Assembly: GCA_965215015.1 (NCBI GenBank) | Contig: OZ244042.1 | Coordinates: forward strand, 4,672,001-4,736,000 | DNA from: Candidatus Poribacteria bacterium | GTDB taxonomy: Bacteria > Poribacteria > WGA-4E > PCPOR2b | Length of the DNA: 64,000 bases | Direction: 5' to 3' | Part shown: positions 44,069 through 54,588 of the stretch, piece by piece | Layout of the letters: every line of letters begins with the position of its first letter | Position numbering within the stretch: the stretch's first letter is position 1 | The notes under the pieces: generated by a model | What the model saw: the letters and a program-made list of their open reading frames with translations, nothing else | Told to the model about the DNA's origin: nothing | The model's database searches: none | Position numbers and translations under genes: made by a program

Positions 44069-45874
44069 ATGCAAATAGAAAAATCAGTTGACAGCGTCAC
44101 GCTCACTATTATCAACAACTACCTCGTCAACACTTGTCGTGAGATGGGATTGGCGATGATGAAGACCTCATACTCTTCGATCTTTAACGAGGGACTGGAT
44201 TTCTCCTGTGTCATCTTTGACCGGGAGGGCGAGATGGTGGCTTATGCGGAGTTTTGTCCTGCCCAGATTGGCGCAATCCTCTACACCATGCAGTGGACGA
44301 TCGCCGAAATCGGTCTGGAGAACTTCAAGCCCGGTGATGTGGTAATGCACAATGACCCCTATCGCGGCGGTTGTCACATGCCGGAGCATACAGTGATCAA
44401 GGGGGTATACCACAACGGCGAGTTATACGGATTCATCGGCAATATTGCCCATGTTACAGAAATAGGTGGGAAAGCGGTCGGCGGTTTTGCGGCGGATGCC
44501 AAGGAGGTGTACCAAGAAGGTCTCCGATTACCGCCGGTCAAGATTATTCGAGAAGGGGAGCCCGTCGAGGACATCTGGAAAATTATCCTCGAAAACCACC
44601 GGACACCGCGCACCTCTTGGGGCGATTTTCACGCGATGCTTGGATCTCTTAACGTAGCGGAGCGGCGACTTCACGAACTGCTTGACCGCTACGGATTCGA
44701 TGAAGTGCTCACCGCCGGGAAGCAGCTCATGGACTACTCGGAAGCGCGGATGCAGGCAGAAATCCGAGACCTCCCCAACGGCGAGTACCAATTTGAAGAC
44801 TGGATCGAAAATGACGGCGTCGTTCCCGACAAACGGTATCGAATCAATTGCACGGTCCTCGTGGGGGACGAGGACATCCTCTTTGATTACACCGGTTCAA
44901 GTCCTCAAGCGCGCGGTCCATGCAACTGCACGTATGGTGTGACAGCATCTGCGACATTCAACGCAATGCTCAATATCACCGACCAGACCATTCCCCGCAA
45001 TTCAGGCTGCTATCGTCCAATTCAACTGATTGTCCCGCCGGGCACCGTCGTGAACGTGAAACACCCTGGTCCCAGTGTCGGGGGCAACTCCGAGATTCAC
45101 GAACGAATTGTTGATGTTCTATTCGGCTGCCTATCAGGTGCCGTGCCGGAGCGCGTCGCCGCGGCATCCGGTGCCAGTTCATGTAACTTCCTTTTCGGAG
45201 GCATCCACCCAAATACGGGGCAATATTATGCGAATTACCATATCGATGGCTGTGGTTGGGGTGGCAAGACAACCGGCGACGGAAATCACACGCAGTGCCC
45301 AATTAACGGAAATTGCAGGAATACCCCGGTCGAGGTTTTTGAGACACGCTATCCTTGGCTGACGAAGACATATCGCATCGTCGAAGATTCCGGCGGTCAC
45401 GGTCAGCACCGCGGAGGGTGTGGCAGCGAAAGGATTATCGAAGCTCTCGCACCGGAAATCACGGTTTCGAGCTTTATGGACAGGCATGAGACAGGGGCGT
45501 GGGGCCTATTTGGCGGAAAAGAAGGATCGAGCGGCGCGGTACGAATACGGAAAAAGGAGGAGGACCATTGGCGGACGTTCTCCGAAGTTTACGGAACACC
45601 CTCACCCAACAAATTCGCTGACATTCAGATTCAAGCCGGCGACGAAATTAGGATCGTCAGTCCGGGCGGTGGTGGATACGGTCCCCCTGAAAACCGCGAA
45701 CCGAGCGAGGTTCTTGACGATGTCCGTGAAGGCTTGGTATTCCCTGAAGAAGCACGAAATATATACGCCGTGGCTCTTGTTCAGGATGAGGGAGATTGGT
45801 ATATCGATGAAAATACGACAGCCGACCTACGCCGTGAAAGGTCAAAGCATCTCGGAACAAAGGAGGTATCCTGA
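44069..45874 (+). CDS. Hydantoinase B / 5-oxoprolinase family protein
   Basis: DFSC, NDPYRGGCH, QEGLRLPP, NTPVEVFE..YP, DSGGHGQHRGG, PGGGGYG. Confidence 0.95.
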   Translation: MQIEKSVDSVTLTIINNYLVNTCREMGLAMMKTSYSSIFNEGLDFSCVIFDREGEMVAYAEFCPAQIGAILYTMQWTIAEIGLENFKPGDVVMHNDPYRGGCHMPEHTVIKGVYHNGELYGFIGNIAHVTEIGGKAVGGFAADAKEVYQEGLRLPPVKIIREGEPVEDIWKIILENHRTPRTSWGDFHAMLGSLNVAERRLHELLDRYGFDEVLTAGKQLMDYSEARMQAEIRDLPNGEYQFEDWIENDGVVPDKRYRINCTVLVGDEDILFDYTGSSPQARGPCNCTYGVTASATFNAMLNITDQTIPRNSGCYRPIQLIVPPGTVVNVKHPGPSVGGNSEIHERIVDVLFGCLSGAVPERVAAASGASSCNFLFGGIHPNTGQYYANYHIDGCGWGGKTTGDGNHTQCPINGNCRNTPVEVFETRYPWLTKTYRIVEDSGGHGQHRGGCGSERIIEALAPEITVSSFMDRHETGAWGLFGGKEGSSGAVRIRKKEEDHWRTFSEVYGTPSPNKFADIQIQAGDEIRIVSPGGGGYGPPENREPSEVLDDVREGLVFPEEARNIYAVALVQDEGDWYIDENTTADLRRERSKHLGTKEVS

Positions 45875-46086
45875 TGGCTCAGTGGGAGCCGATTTCTGAT
45901 GCGCTATATGCAACACAAATTCATCACTGCGATCTCTGCGGAAAGATGTTGGTCAGACGCCTATGGCGCGTGGAATACAACGCCAAATCCTTAAAGTTTT
46001 GTGACGAACGGTGTGAACGGACCTGGTTTGATTACTGGTTGCCCCGCTATGGTAAGACACACGGTTTCATGAACGATGGAGATTGA
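45874..46086 (+). CDS. Small cysteine-rich (TRASH-like) protein
   Basis: CDLC...FCDERC; AAGGAGG RBS; start overlaps the upstream stop (TGATG). Confidence 0.7.
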   Translation: MAQWEPISDALYATQIHHCDLCGKMLVRRLWRVEYNAKSLKFCDERCERTWFDYWLPRYGKTHGFMNDGD

Positions 46087-46141
46087 GAGTTGAAGGACTC
46101 ACCTGCCATCACGTACCGGGGTTTAATATGCCGATAACAGA

Positions 46142-47626
46142 TTAGTCATAGATTTGAGATAGGGTCCGCTTTGCTCTCGCTTTCGAGAGGTTGTAGGATT
46201 GCCAAGGATTTTCTGACCGCAGCTCCGTCTGTTTGTCGCGAAAAAATATTGCCATTTTCTTTGCAGCCATATCATCATCACCGGCAGCACTCAAGCGTGT
46301 TAATTCCGGTATCGCATCGTAGGATAAATCCTGCAAATAGTCGAGATCGATCTTGCCTATATTAAAATATCTATCAATGTTGTTGCGCGCAATAATTGCG
46401 TCAACATTGACATAGTTCAGGGTGGTATAGGTGAACAGCGCAGCGATAGCAAAGGCTTTTGCCAAAGGCAGCTCCCTCCGCCAAAATTTGTAAAGGAGGA
46501 GCATAAACAGAATAGAAAGCAAGCCGATAAACGTGTGAGCAAAGATTCTCGCATAAGTGTAACCGTACGCTTCCTCATACAGTTTCAACCTCAAATGCGC
46601 GGAATAGAGTATAATGGCGGTACAGAGCACAAGCAGGCAGCGTAGCCCAAGAACGACGCGATCTAGCTTCCCGTCATTTTTTGTGAAGTACAGACCAATT
46701 AGCAATACGCTCAGATTAATAACAGTAACAACAATCAGCTCAAAAAAACCGTGCCTCGCGTATTCCGCGTAAGTGTAGTCAGGGATGGAGCGGATATTCT
46801 CCTCACCACCAAAAAGATATGTAAACTGAATCACACAGAACAGAATGTAGACAGCATTCACCATCACTAAAACCGTAACAATGATGAGAGCGTCCCAGCT
46901 ACCGACATCTCTCTTAGCAGATTCTGACACCTCCGCCATCTTCGCCTTTAATACTACCCCCAAATAACCAAACAGTAGCACTGTAATAATCCCAATAGCT
47001 CCCACACGTTCGGCAAAAGGGATAGAGCCAATAAATTCCAAGGGCTTGAGCATATTGGCGATAAGATTTTGAAAAATCGTATCCGCCGCCGCAAGCAATG
47101 CAATCACAATGACTAGGAGAGGCGCAGAGATTATCAAACCAATGAAGATGTTGCTGAAAGTCTTACGCTTCTCAGGTGCAATTTTGTCCGCGATTTTCGC
47201 TAGCGAAATAACTTCCAAGAATACCTTTGGAGCATTGTCAAAAATTTGACGGAGTAACCCTCCTAAAAAACGGACGATGAACCGAACGCTAGACCACTTA
47301 TATTTATAGACAAGCAGCATCGTCTGAAGCAACAGGAGCGGTGGAATTAGGATAAAATTGAGGATCCGTAACACCGGGTTTGAATGGAGGGCAAATGCAG
47401 CTGAGAGCAATAAAATGGGAATAAATAGAAACCAACCAAAATCAATTTGGAATGAAACCTGTCTGTGTGAAGCAACCCAAAATAGGCAGTAGAAAACGAC
47501 AGCAAACAACAGATATGAAACCCCAATTGCCTTCCCATAAAACAGGTAGTCAAACACAATCCCTGCTATGAGCGCGAGAACCGCGAGCAATCGAATTTCT
47601 CGCGCTGTGATGTATGCGTGCTTCAT
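46142..47626 (-). CDS. DUF4173/DUF4153-like polytopic membrane protein
   Basis: About 12 TMs; YAEYARHGFFEL, RLKLYEEAYGYT..R, LSYDA. Confidence 0.85.
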   Translation of the reverse strand: MKHAYITAREIRLLAVLALIAGIVFDYLFYGKAIGVSYLLFAVVFYCLFWVASHRQVSFQIDFGWFLFIPILLLSAAFALHSNPVLRILNFILIPPLLLLQTMLLVYKYKWSSVRFIVRFLGGLLRQIFDNAPKVFLEVISLAKIADKIAPEKRKTFSNIFIGLIISAPLLVIVIALLAAADTIFQNLIANMLKPLEFIGSIPFAERVGAIGIITVLLFGYLGVVLKAKMAEVSESAKRDVGSWDALIIVTVLVMVNAVYILFCVIQFTYLFGGEENIRSIPDYTYAEYARHGFFELIVVTVINLSVLLIGLYFTKNDGKLDRVVLGLRCLLVLCTAIILYSAHLRLKLYEEAYGYTYARIFAHTFIGLLSILFMLLLYKFWRRELPLAKAFAIAALFTYTTLNYVNVDAIIARNNIDRYFNIGKIDLDYLQDLSYDAIPELTRLSAAGDDDMAAKKMAIFFRDKQTELRSENPWQSYNLSKARAKRTLSQIYD

Positions 47627-47675
47627 ATTCTACCTTCATCTTTCACTATTTTGTTAAGAAATAAATCGTTAGTTG

Positions 47676-48108
47676 TAGGACTTACGCAGTTGAATGTTCA
47701 AAGGAAACACCAAACACTGCTGCACGACTGTCCGGGGGGGTGGAGCCAGGATTATGGCGCAATAGTCCTGGTATCCTCGGTGACTCGTCAAATACCAAGT
47801 GTGTTTCGACCGTGTTGGGTGAATTGATCCAGACATTGTTGCACGATAGTGTTGGTATCTATACGATTCACGACGCCCGATGAATCCGGCAACTCCAGTT
47901 CATCCGACAGGAGTCGGCACGCTCCGCGGCCCCTCCCCCTGCTTGCGGGGGGATTTGTCTTTCTCTCCGGCTGCGATCCTCCCCCCGCTTGCGGGGGGAT
48001 ACAGGGGGATTCTTAGGGGAGAAGGCGGTGACGGCATACGCCGTATGCCTACTACCTTAAAGACGCGGGTTGAATTGCGCGCCTACAAACTCAAGGGCGT
48101 AACTCCTA
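47676..48108 (+). mobile_element. MITE copy 3 (433 bp) with nested palindromes
   Basis: taggacttacgcagttgaatg...gcgtaactccta, flanked by direct repeat AGTTG (47671-47675, 48109-48113); internal CCCCC-GCTTGC-GGGGG hairpins. Confidence 0.75.
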
Positions 48109-48242
48109 AGTTGTTTAAATCAAGCGCAAAAACTACGTAACACGTCAAGAAAAGATCTTACACATTACTCGTTACCTATTATTTTCGTTCCTCCGATAAG
48201 ACCAAGACTCAAAGCAATCTGCGTTAAATAATCTGTAGCCAT

Positions 48243-49226
48243 TTACCAAGCCAACACAATCCCCAACGACTTATCACGTTCATCGCGCAGTAGCCGGTAG
48301 GCTTCACCCGCTTCTTTATAAGGCAATCGGTGTGTGATTAAACGACTTACGTTGATTTCACCGCGCTCAATCATTTTCAAAATCTGACGCCGGTTATATT
48401 GCTGCGTCCAAGGGAAGGCAGGCGTCGCAACCGTTGGACATTTTGGCTGGTGACACCCAACCAACGTGAGCTCTTTCAGGTGGAAGTCCATAAAATCCAC
48501 CTCGATTTTTCGGTGCCAAATCGATCCTAACGCCATAATTCGTCCACCAATCCGTGCCATATCGAACGCTATCGGTAGTAATTCTGGATAGCCAGAAGCC
48601 TCAATGGTGACATCCAATCCACGCCCTTCGGTGATACTTGCAACTTCGGCCCGGAGGTCACATCGGTTCGGATTCAGGGTGTGCGTCGCCCCCGAAGCTT
48701 TTGCCGCCTCCAACCGCGGATCGCTTAGATCAATTGCAATAAGCAGCTCAGCACCCGTTTGCGCTGCAAGCTGCAACGCCAGCTGACCGACGAGTCCCAT
48801 CCCCGTAATACAGGCGAACTCACCAAGCTCAATGCGCGCTTTTCGGACACCGTGCATCGCAACACTTCCGAGCACACCGAAAGTGCCCTCATCAAAGGAC
48901 ACATTATCCAGCAGCTGCGCTAGCGACTGTAGCGCAGCGGACACGGTAACATGGCTTGCATGGCGCCCCAGCGACAACACACGGTCTCCGATTTCATAGC
49001 CTTCCACTCCTTCACCGATTTCAATAATCCGCCCGGTGTTTGAGTAACCGGGGGTAAAATCGTCTGTCCGTCCCTGCTCTTGTGTGCCCAGCTCTGTTCC
49101 TGCACTAATTAGCGTGGATACCGTCTCGACGAGCACCTCACCTTTTTCTGGAGAGCGAATATCAGTTGTTTCGGTTCCAACACTATTGTCTGATCTAACA
49201 ACAACCTGTGTACCTGTTTGTGTCAT
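48243..49226 (-). CDS. MDR-superfamily (zinc-type alcohol dehydrogenase-like) oxidoreductase
   Basis: ISAGTE, PGYS, GMGLVG, IEASG. Confidence 0.88.
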   Translation of the reverse strand: MTQTGTQVVVRSDNSVGTETTDIRSPEKGEVLVETVSTLISAGTELGTQEQGRTDDFTPGYSNTGRIIEIGEGVEGYEIGDRVLSLGRHASHVTVSAALQSLAQLLDNVSFDEGTFGVLGSVAMHGVRKARIELGEFACITGMGLVGQLALQLAAQTGAELLIAIDLSDPRLEAAKASGATHTLNPNRCDLRAEVASITEGRGLDVTIEASGYPELLPIAFDMARIGGRIMALGSIWHRKIEVDFMDFHLKELTLVGCHQPKCPTVATPAFPWTQQYNRRQILKMIERGEINVSRLITHRLPYKEAGEAYRLLRDERDKSLGIVLAW

Positions 49227-49355
49227 CGTATACCTCGCATAAAGATAAAGTTGTTGGCCTATCGCAATATCGACCATGCGCTACCTCTGTGCTTGTGTGG
49301 TTTAAGGCCGTTTCCAATGGACCTGTGGTTAGTGCAGCAAATAGCCTGCCAATTG

Positions 49356-49832
49356 TCTGAATCAGGATTTGCAGAATTTAAGGATTCACAGGAGGTGATG
49401 ACTCACGTTCACACCTAAACGACGAGATAGGTCTGAGGAAGGTCCCTCCTTATTGTCTGAATCACGGATTAAACAGATGAAGCGGAGGGAATGGATTTTT
49501 GACCCTATGCCGCGATTGGGATTCACAGCCATCTGAATCAGGATTTACAGAATTTAAGGATTCACAGGAGGAGATGAATCACATTCACACCTAAACGACG
49601 AGATAGGTCTGAGGAAGGTCCCTCCTTATTGTCTGAATCACGGATTAAACAGATGAAGCGGAGGGAACAGATTTTTGACCCTATGCCGCGATTGGGATTC
49701 ACAGCCATCTGAATCAGGATTTGCAGAATTTAAGGATTCACAGGAGGTGATGACTCACATTCACATCTAAACGACGAGATAGGTCTGAGGAAGGTCCCTC
49801 CTTATTGTCTGAATCGCGGATTAAACAGATGA
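49356..49832. repeat. 176-bp tandem repeat, about 2.7 copies
   Basis: Units start at 49356, 49532 and 49708 (tctgaatcaggattt...); few substitutions between units. Confidence 0.95.
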
Positions 49833-50065
49833 CACGGAAAACACGGATGGGGCACCCTCCGTGACATCCAAGAATCAGTATGAATCTGTGATACAAAGAC
49901 CTTCCAACTTCTGAGAAATGGCCACCTCTGATGGCACGATTCCACGAATAGGATTTATGAGCCCCCCTCATTTAGGAGGACAACGCCAATACCCAGCTGA
50001 ATCGCAACTATTCCTGGCGCATTGGGCCTAGAACTATAGCGCGACGTTGTTGGTATCTGCGGCAT

Positions 50066-50818
50066 TCAAGTCCGATACGCCTGAACTGTTTTGAGGAATT
50101 TCTGTACTTCCGACGGAACAAGGTGATCCACCGAATTGCCCCGCTGAATTTGCGATCGGATGTCTGTTGAAGATATCTCCGCATAAAAATCTGGTAATTC
50201 AATCAGATCAATGCCTCCCGCATAACGGTGGTAATCCGGATCTTCCATCACCTCCTTTACAGCATCCGCATCATAGTCTTGGCGGTTTGCAACGATGAAG
50301 CAACATTGATTAAAAAGGGCTTCCAATGCGCTGTGCAAATCGGTATAATATTTCGGGTCAAACAGGCGAATGAACGTGTCGTAGCCGACAATGAATGAAA
50401 AGTGTGTGCCGGGGGGATACGCAGCCTTTAACGCTTCAATCTTCTCAATGAATTTACCATGACTGCAAGCGGCAACAGAAAAATCCTCACGGTTCGCTGT
50501 GTACTCCTTGAGCATCAATAGACGATTTGCAAGAGAAAGACCGAACACCCCCTTATCAACATTTGCCCTTGCCAAAATCAGCAAAACCTCATCTAGATTG
50601 TGCTTTTTCTGCGCTGCTTTGATCATTTCGATGTGAGCAACTGTGAGCGGATTGAACGATCCGGAAAAAATACCGAGTCTCCTACCGCTCGCCTTGATAT
50701 GCCGAGCAGCACGGTAAACCCAGCGGATTTGGGGTTCGCCGTCCGGATCCAGTTGATCCACAAGCATTTCCAAATGACGATTCTCCTCGGAATGTTTGGA
50801 CGTTTGAATGTTTTCCAA
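50066..50818 (-). CDS. Nicotinate/nicotinamide-nucleotide adenylyltransferase family protein
   Basis: GSFNPLTVAH, VGYDT, ISSTDIR. Confidence 0.85.
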   Translation of the reverse strand: MENIQTSKHSEENRHLEMLVDQLDPDGEPQIRWVYRAARHIKASGRRLGIFSGSFNPLTVAHIEMIKAAQKKHNLDEVLLILARANVDKGVFGLSLANRLLMLKEYTANREDFSVAACSHGKFIEKIEALKAAYPPGTHFSFIVGYDTFIRLFDPKYYTDLHSALEALFNQCCFIVANRQDYDADAVKEVMEDPDYHRYAGGIDLIELPDFYAEISSTDIRSQIQRGNSVDHLVPSEVQKFLKTVQAYRT

Positions 50819-50893
50819 AATTAAACTCCTTCATAAGACAACCTCGATTGAAGATCGAGCGTCACAGTTCATTATGCTAGGGTAGCATTACCA

Positions 50894-53800
50894 ATGCCAA
50901 TTATCAAGCGAAATTTTAACAACCCGGCGCACTATCGTGTGGACTTGGATTTGACAACTCAAGCCGTGCAGCAATCGCCTATCAAAACATACTTAAGGTG
51001 TTTCCACCGCGCTCTGCTTGCCCTGCTCGTTGTGGGAATATCCATCGTCATAACAGGGGACGTTTCCGCTGATACCGATACGCTAACAGCTAGCCATCAA
51101 AGGATGCTTGCCCTTCTCAAGCAAATCGCGGATCAAACCGCCGAAACAAATAGCTACATAGGTGAGAAGCTCGCATATCAGCTACGTAGGCATCTCGCCA
51201 ACTTGCCCGTAAATGCCTCGGATCTAACCCGATGGCGTCTCCATACAGAGTTAGGTGAGGCAGAACTTCGGCTCGGTAATGAACGGGCGGCAATAGATCA
51301 GCTCACACAGGCAGGCAAACTACTGCCCCGATTGAGAGGACAACTCTCTCCCCTGAGGGCAAATCAGACCCTCTTTCGCCTCGGCGTAGCACACATGCGA
51401 CAGGGTGAAACGCAAAACTGCTGCCCCAACCAGATTGGGATTCCGAGCAACCCCGACAGTTGCATTTTGCCGTTACGAGATGGCGGGATTCACACACAGC
51501 AAGAGGGTTCGCTAAAGGCGATAACCTATTTCACAAAAGTGCTGCGGAACACAACAACCGAATTACCGCTCCATCTGGAAGCAAGGTGGCTGCTCAACAT
51601 CGCTTGCATGACGGTTGGAGGCTATCCAGAGCAGGTTCCTAAGCCATACCTTCTTCCCCCGGAGACATTCCAATCCGCAGAAGAAATGCCGCGCTTCACC
51701 AACATTGCACCACATTTAGGGCTTGATACATTTGATCTATCCGGCGGCACAATTGTTGATGACTTCGACAACGACAACTACCTAGATATCGTCGTCTCGA
51801 CGTGGGATCCCGCCGGACAAATTCGCTTTTTCCGAAACAACCGAGACGGGTCCTTCTCGGAGCGGACGAAACAGGCAGGGGTTCTCGGTCTGTATGGCGG
51901 GTTGAACCTCATCCAAGCAGACTACGACAACGACGACGATGTTGATATCCTTGTGTTGCGGGGGGCTTGGCTTGAGACAGCGGGTCAACACCCAAATTCC
52001 CTATTACGTAATAACGGCGACGCTACATTCACGGACGTAACCTTCGATGCCGGTTTAGGCGAGGTGCACTACCCCACTCAGACAGCATCTTGGGGCGACT
52101 ACGATAACGACGGTGACCTCGATCTGTACGTCGGAAACGAATCAACGGAAGCGTTCAATGCCCCTTGTCAGCTATTCCGCAACAACGGCAACGGCACTTT
52201 CTCCGATGTGGCTGCGGAAGCCGGTGTACAAAACTACGGCTTTACCAAGTCAGTAATCTGGGGCGATTACAATGCGGATAGGTTCCTCGACCTCTATGTA
52301 TCCAACTTCAAAGGCATCAATCGCCTCTATCACAACAACGGCGACGGCACCTTCTCCGATGTGGCGGGGCAACTCGATATCAGCTTTCCGATACGCAGCT
52401 TTCCCGCCTGGTTCTGGGATTTCGACAACGATGGGGTGTTGGACCTGTATGTGTCTGCCTATTCCGCCGGTATCTCACATCTCGCAGCAAAGGCACTCGG
52501 CATCTCCATACATTCTCCACCTTCTGCAGCAGGAGTAAACCCAAAAACGACCTATCATAACCAACCCAACCTGGGTGAGAATGGGTTAGCGAATCTATAT
52601 CGGGGGGATGGTCACGGCGGCTTCGAGGAGGTTGCGCGACAACACAATCTGCTACAACCCAACGCGCCGATGGGATCGAATTTCGGTGACCTCGACAACG
52701 ACGGCTATCTCGATTTTTACCTCGGCACCGGATATCCGGACTATAAAAACCTCATGCCAAGTCTCATGTATCGCAATCGGCGGGGCATAGGCTTCGTAGA
52801 CGTGACCTATGCTGGAGGCTTTGGGCATCTACAGAAGGGCCACGCTGTTGTCTTCGCTGATCTCGACAACGATGGCGACCAAGACATCTTCGAGCAGATG
52901 GGCGGTGCCTTTCCGGGCGATGGATATAATAACGTCTTATATGAAAACCCCGGCTTTGGCACCCATTTTCTCACAATCAAGCTTGTCGGTGTACGCTCCA
53001 ACCGATCGGCAATCGGAGCGCGCATCCATGCCGAGGTCGTCGAAAATGGGGAGCGACGCTCAATTTATAAGCATGTTAACAGCGGTGGCACCTTTGGTGC
53101 CAATCCACTCCGGCAAACAATCGGTTTAGGAAAGGCAGAAAAAATCGAGACGCTTGAAATCTTCTGGCATACCACCGGACTCACACAAACGTTCCACGAC
53201 GTGCCTCTCGATCAGTTTATTCAGATTACCGAAGGTGAGCCACAATACACAACTATTCAACTCAGGAAGCTAAAACTGGGATCAGGAACTCAGATAGAGC
53301 CCAACGAATCTCAAACCTCTCAAAATCATCACAAAGCCCACTCCAAAGAAGATTCACAACCTGCCTCAGGAGGCAGTGAGCCCTCTGATTTTGCGGCATA
53401 TTATAATCGCGGGTTAGACCTGAGCAAAAGTGAGAATTATCTAGGTGCCGTGGAATCGCTTAAAAAAGCCATTCAAATCGATCCCAATCGCGCGGAACCG
53501 TACCGTCTCCTTGGACGCATCTACCTGCTTTACCTCGCCAAAACCACAGAGGCAATCGAATCTCTCCAAACCGAGATCAAGCTAGCACCCGACAATCCCA
53601 CCACATACCAGATGCTCGGTGTCGCCTACTTCAAACGAAATCAGTACCCAGAAGCGATTCAGGCATTGCGCCGAGCTATCGAATTGAATCCTGAAGTCGC
53701 CCCGGATTACCCTTACCACCCGTATTATGACCTCGGTATGGTCTATCTGAAACAGGGCAAATTTGATGACGCGATTATCTGCTTTGAACGGGCAATCGAA

Positions 53801-54373
53801 CTGGATCCGGACCAGATTCGGGCATACCACAGTTTAGGAAACACATATATCCGACAAGGGAGCGTCCAGAAAGGTGCCGAACTGATTAGAAAGTATCAGC
53901 GTCTCAAACCTTATATGAATCTTGCGTCGCAGCTGGAAATCGCCCTCCAACAGAATCCAGACAACCCCGAACGTTGGCATCAGCTTGGACGCGTTCACGC
54001 ACAATACGGCAGGTTTGAAAAGGCTATCAAGCCTTTAGAACAATCCATCAAACTTAGCCGAGACAACTGGAAGGTTTACAATATACTTGCGGTATGTTAC
54101 ATGAGACTCAACCAATTGGACAGGATGCAGCGTGTGTGTGAGACCGCTGCGCGCCTCGCCCCCAATGAACCCAATGCACATAATAGTCTTGGGATGAGCT
54201 ACTTTCTCCAGAGAAGGTATTCCGACGCAACACAGTCATTTACCACTGCTATTCAGCTTGACCCACATAACCCGGAATTCCACGAAAATCTTGGCGAAAC
54301 GTATAAACGATTGGGTGAACCAAAAAAAGCCTCTCAGGAATTCAGAATCGCTCAGCAACTCCGAGCAAAATAG
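50894..54373 (+). CDS. CRTAC1/ASPIC-UnbV FG-GAP repeat protein with C-terminal TPRs
   Basis: Repeated DxDNDGxxD motifs, SNRSAIGAR...GLG UnbV domain, multiple TPRs. Confidence 0.9.
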   Translation: MPIIKRNFNNPAHYRVDLDLTTQAVQQSPIKTYLRCFHRALLALLVVGISIVITGDVSADTDTLTASHQRMLALLKQIADQTAETNSYIGEKLAYQLRRHLANLPVNASDLTRWRLHTELGEAELRLGNERAAIDQLTQAGKLLPRLRGQLSPLRANQTLFRLGVAHMRQGETQNCCPNQIGIPSNPDSCILPLRDGGIHTQQEGSLKAITYFTKVLRNTTTELPLHLEARWLLNIACMTVGGYPEQVPKPYLLPPETFQSAEEMPRFTNIAPHLGLDTFDLSGGTIVDDFDNDNYLDIVVSTWDPAGQIRFFRNNRDGSFSERTKQAGVLGLYGGLNLIQADYDNDDDVDILVLRGAWLETAGQHPNSLLRNNGDATFTDVTFDAGLGEVHYPTQTASWGDYDNDGDLDLYVGNESTEAFNAPCQLFRNNGNGTFSDVAAEAGVQNYGFTKSVIWGDYNADRFLDLYVSNFKGINRLYHNNGDGTFSDVAGQLDISFPIRSFPAWFWDFDNDGVLDLYVSAYSAGISHLAAKALGISIHSPPSAAGVNPKTTYHNQPNLGENGLANLYRGDGHGGFEEVARQHNLLQPNAPMGSNFGDLDNDGYLDFYLGTGYPDYKNLMPSLMYRNRRGIGFVDVTYAGGFGHLQKGHAVVFADLDNDGDQDIFEQMGGAFPGDGYNNVLYENPGFGTHFLTIKLVGVRSNRSAIGARIHAEVVENGERRSIYKHVNSGGTFGANPLRQTIGLGKAEKIETLEIFWHTTGLTQTFHDVPLDQFIQITEGEPQYTTIQLRKLKLGSGTQIEPNESQTSQNHHKAHSKEDSQPASGGSEPSDFAAYYNRGLDLSKSENYLGAVESLKKAIQIDPNRAEPYRLLGRIYLLYLAKTTEAIESLQTEIKLAPDNPTTYQMLGVAYFKRNQYPEAIQALRRAIELNPEVAPDYPYHPYYDLGMVYLKQGKFDDAIICFERAIELDPDQIRAYHSLGNTYIRQGSVQKGAELIRKYQRLKPYMNLASQLEIALQQNPDNPERWHQLGRVHAQYGRFEKAIKPLEQSIKLSRDNWKVYNILAVCYMRLNQLDRMQRVCETAARLAPNEPNAHNSLGMSYFLQRRYSDATQSFTTAIQLDPHNPEFHENLGETYKRLGEPKKASQEFRIAQQLRAK

Positions 54374-54588
54374 AAGAATCTAAGTTGCTAGGAGTAGGCA
54401 CACTCTGTATGCCGTAACCTCCATCTCATGAACCCCGTGAGTTCATTAGTTCAACAGCTCACTATTGCACCAATGAACCAACGTAGCCTCTGCGGAGCGA
54501 TAGGGGTATAGCAGGTTTTCATTTTAATATTTCATGGGTAGTGGGCGTAAATTTTCAATAGATTTAGCTTAAAACAACAGCTAGAAAA

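Noticed and set aside
49356-49832. CRISPR array
   Set aside because: The sequences between the short motifs are repeated rather than unique spacers; the period is 176 bp; no cas genes in the window.
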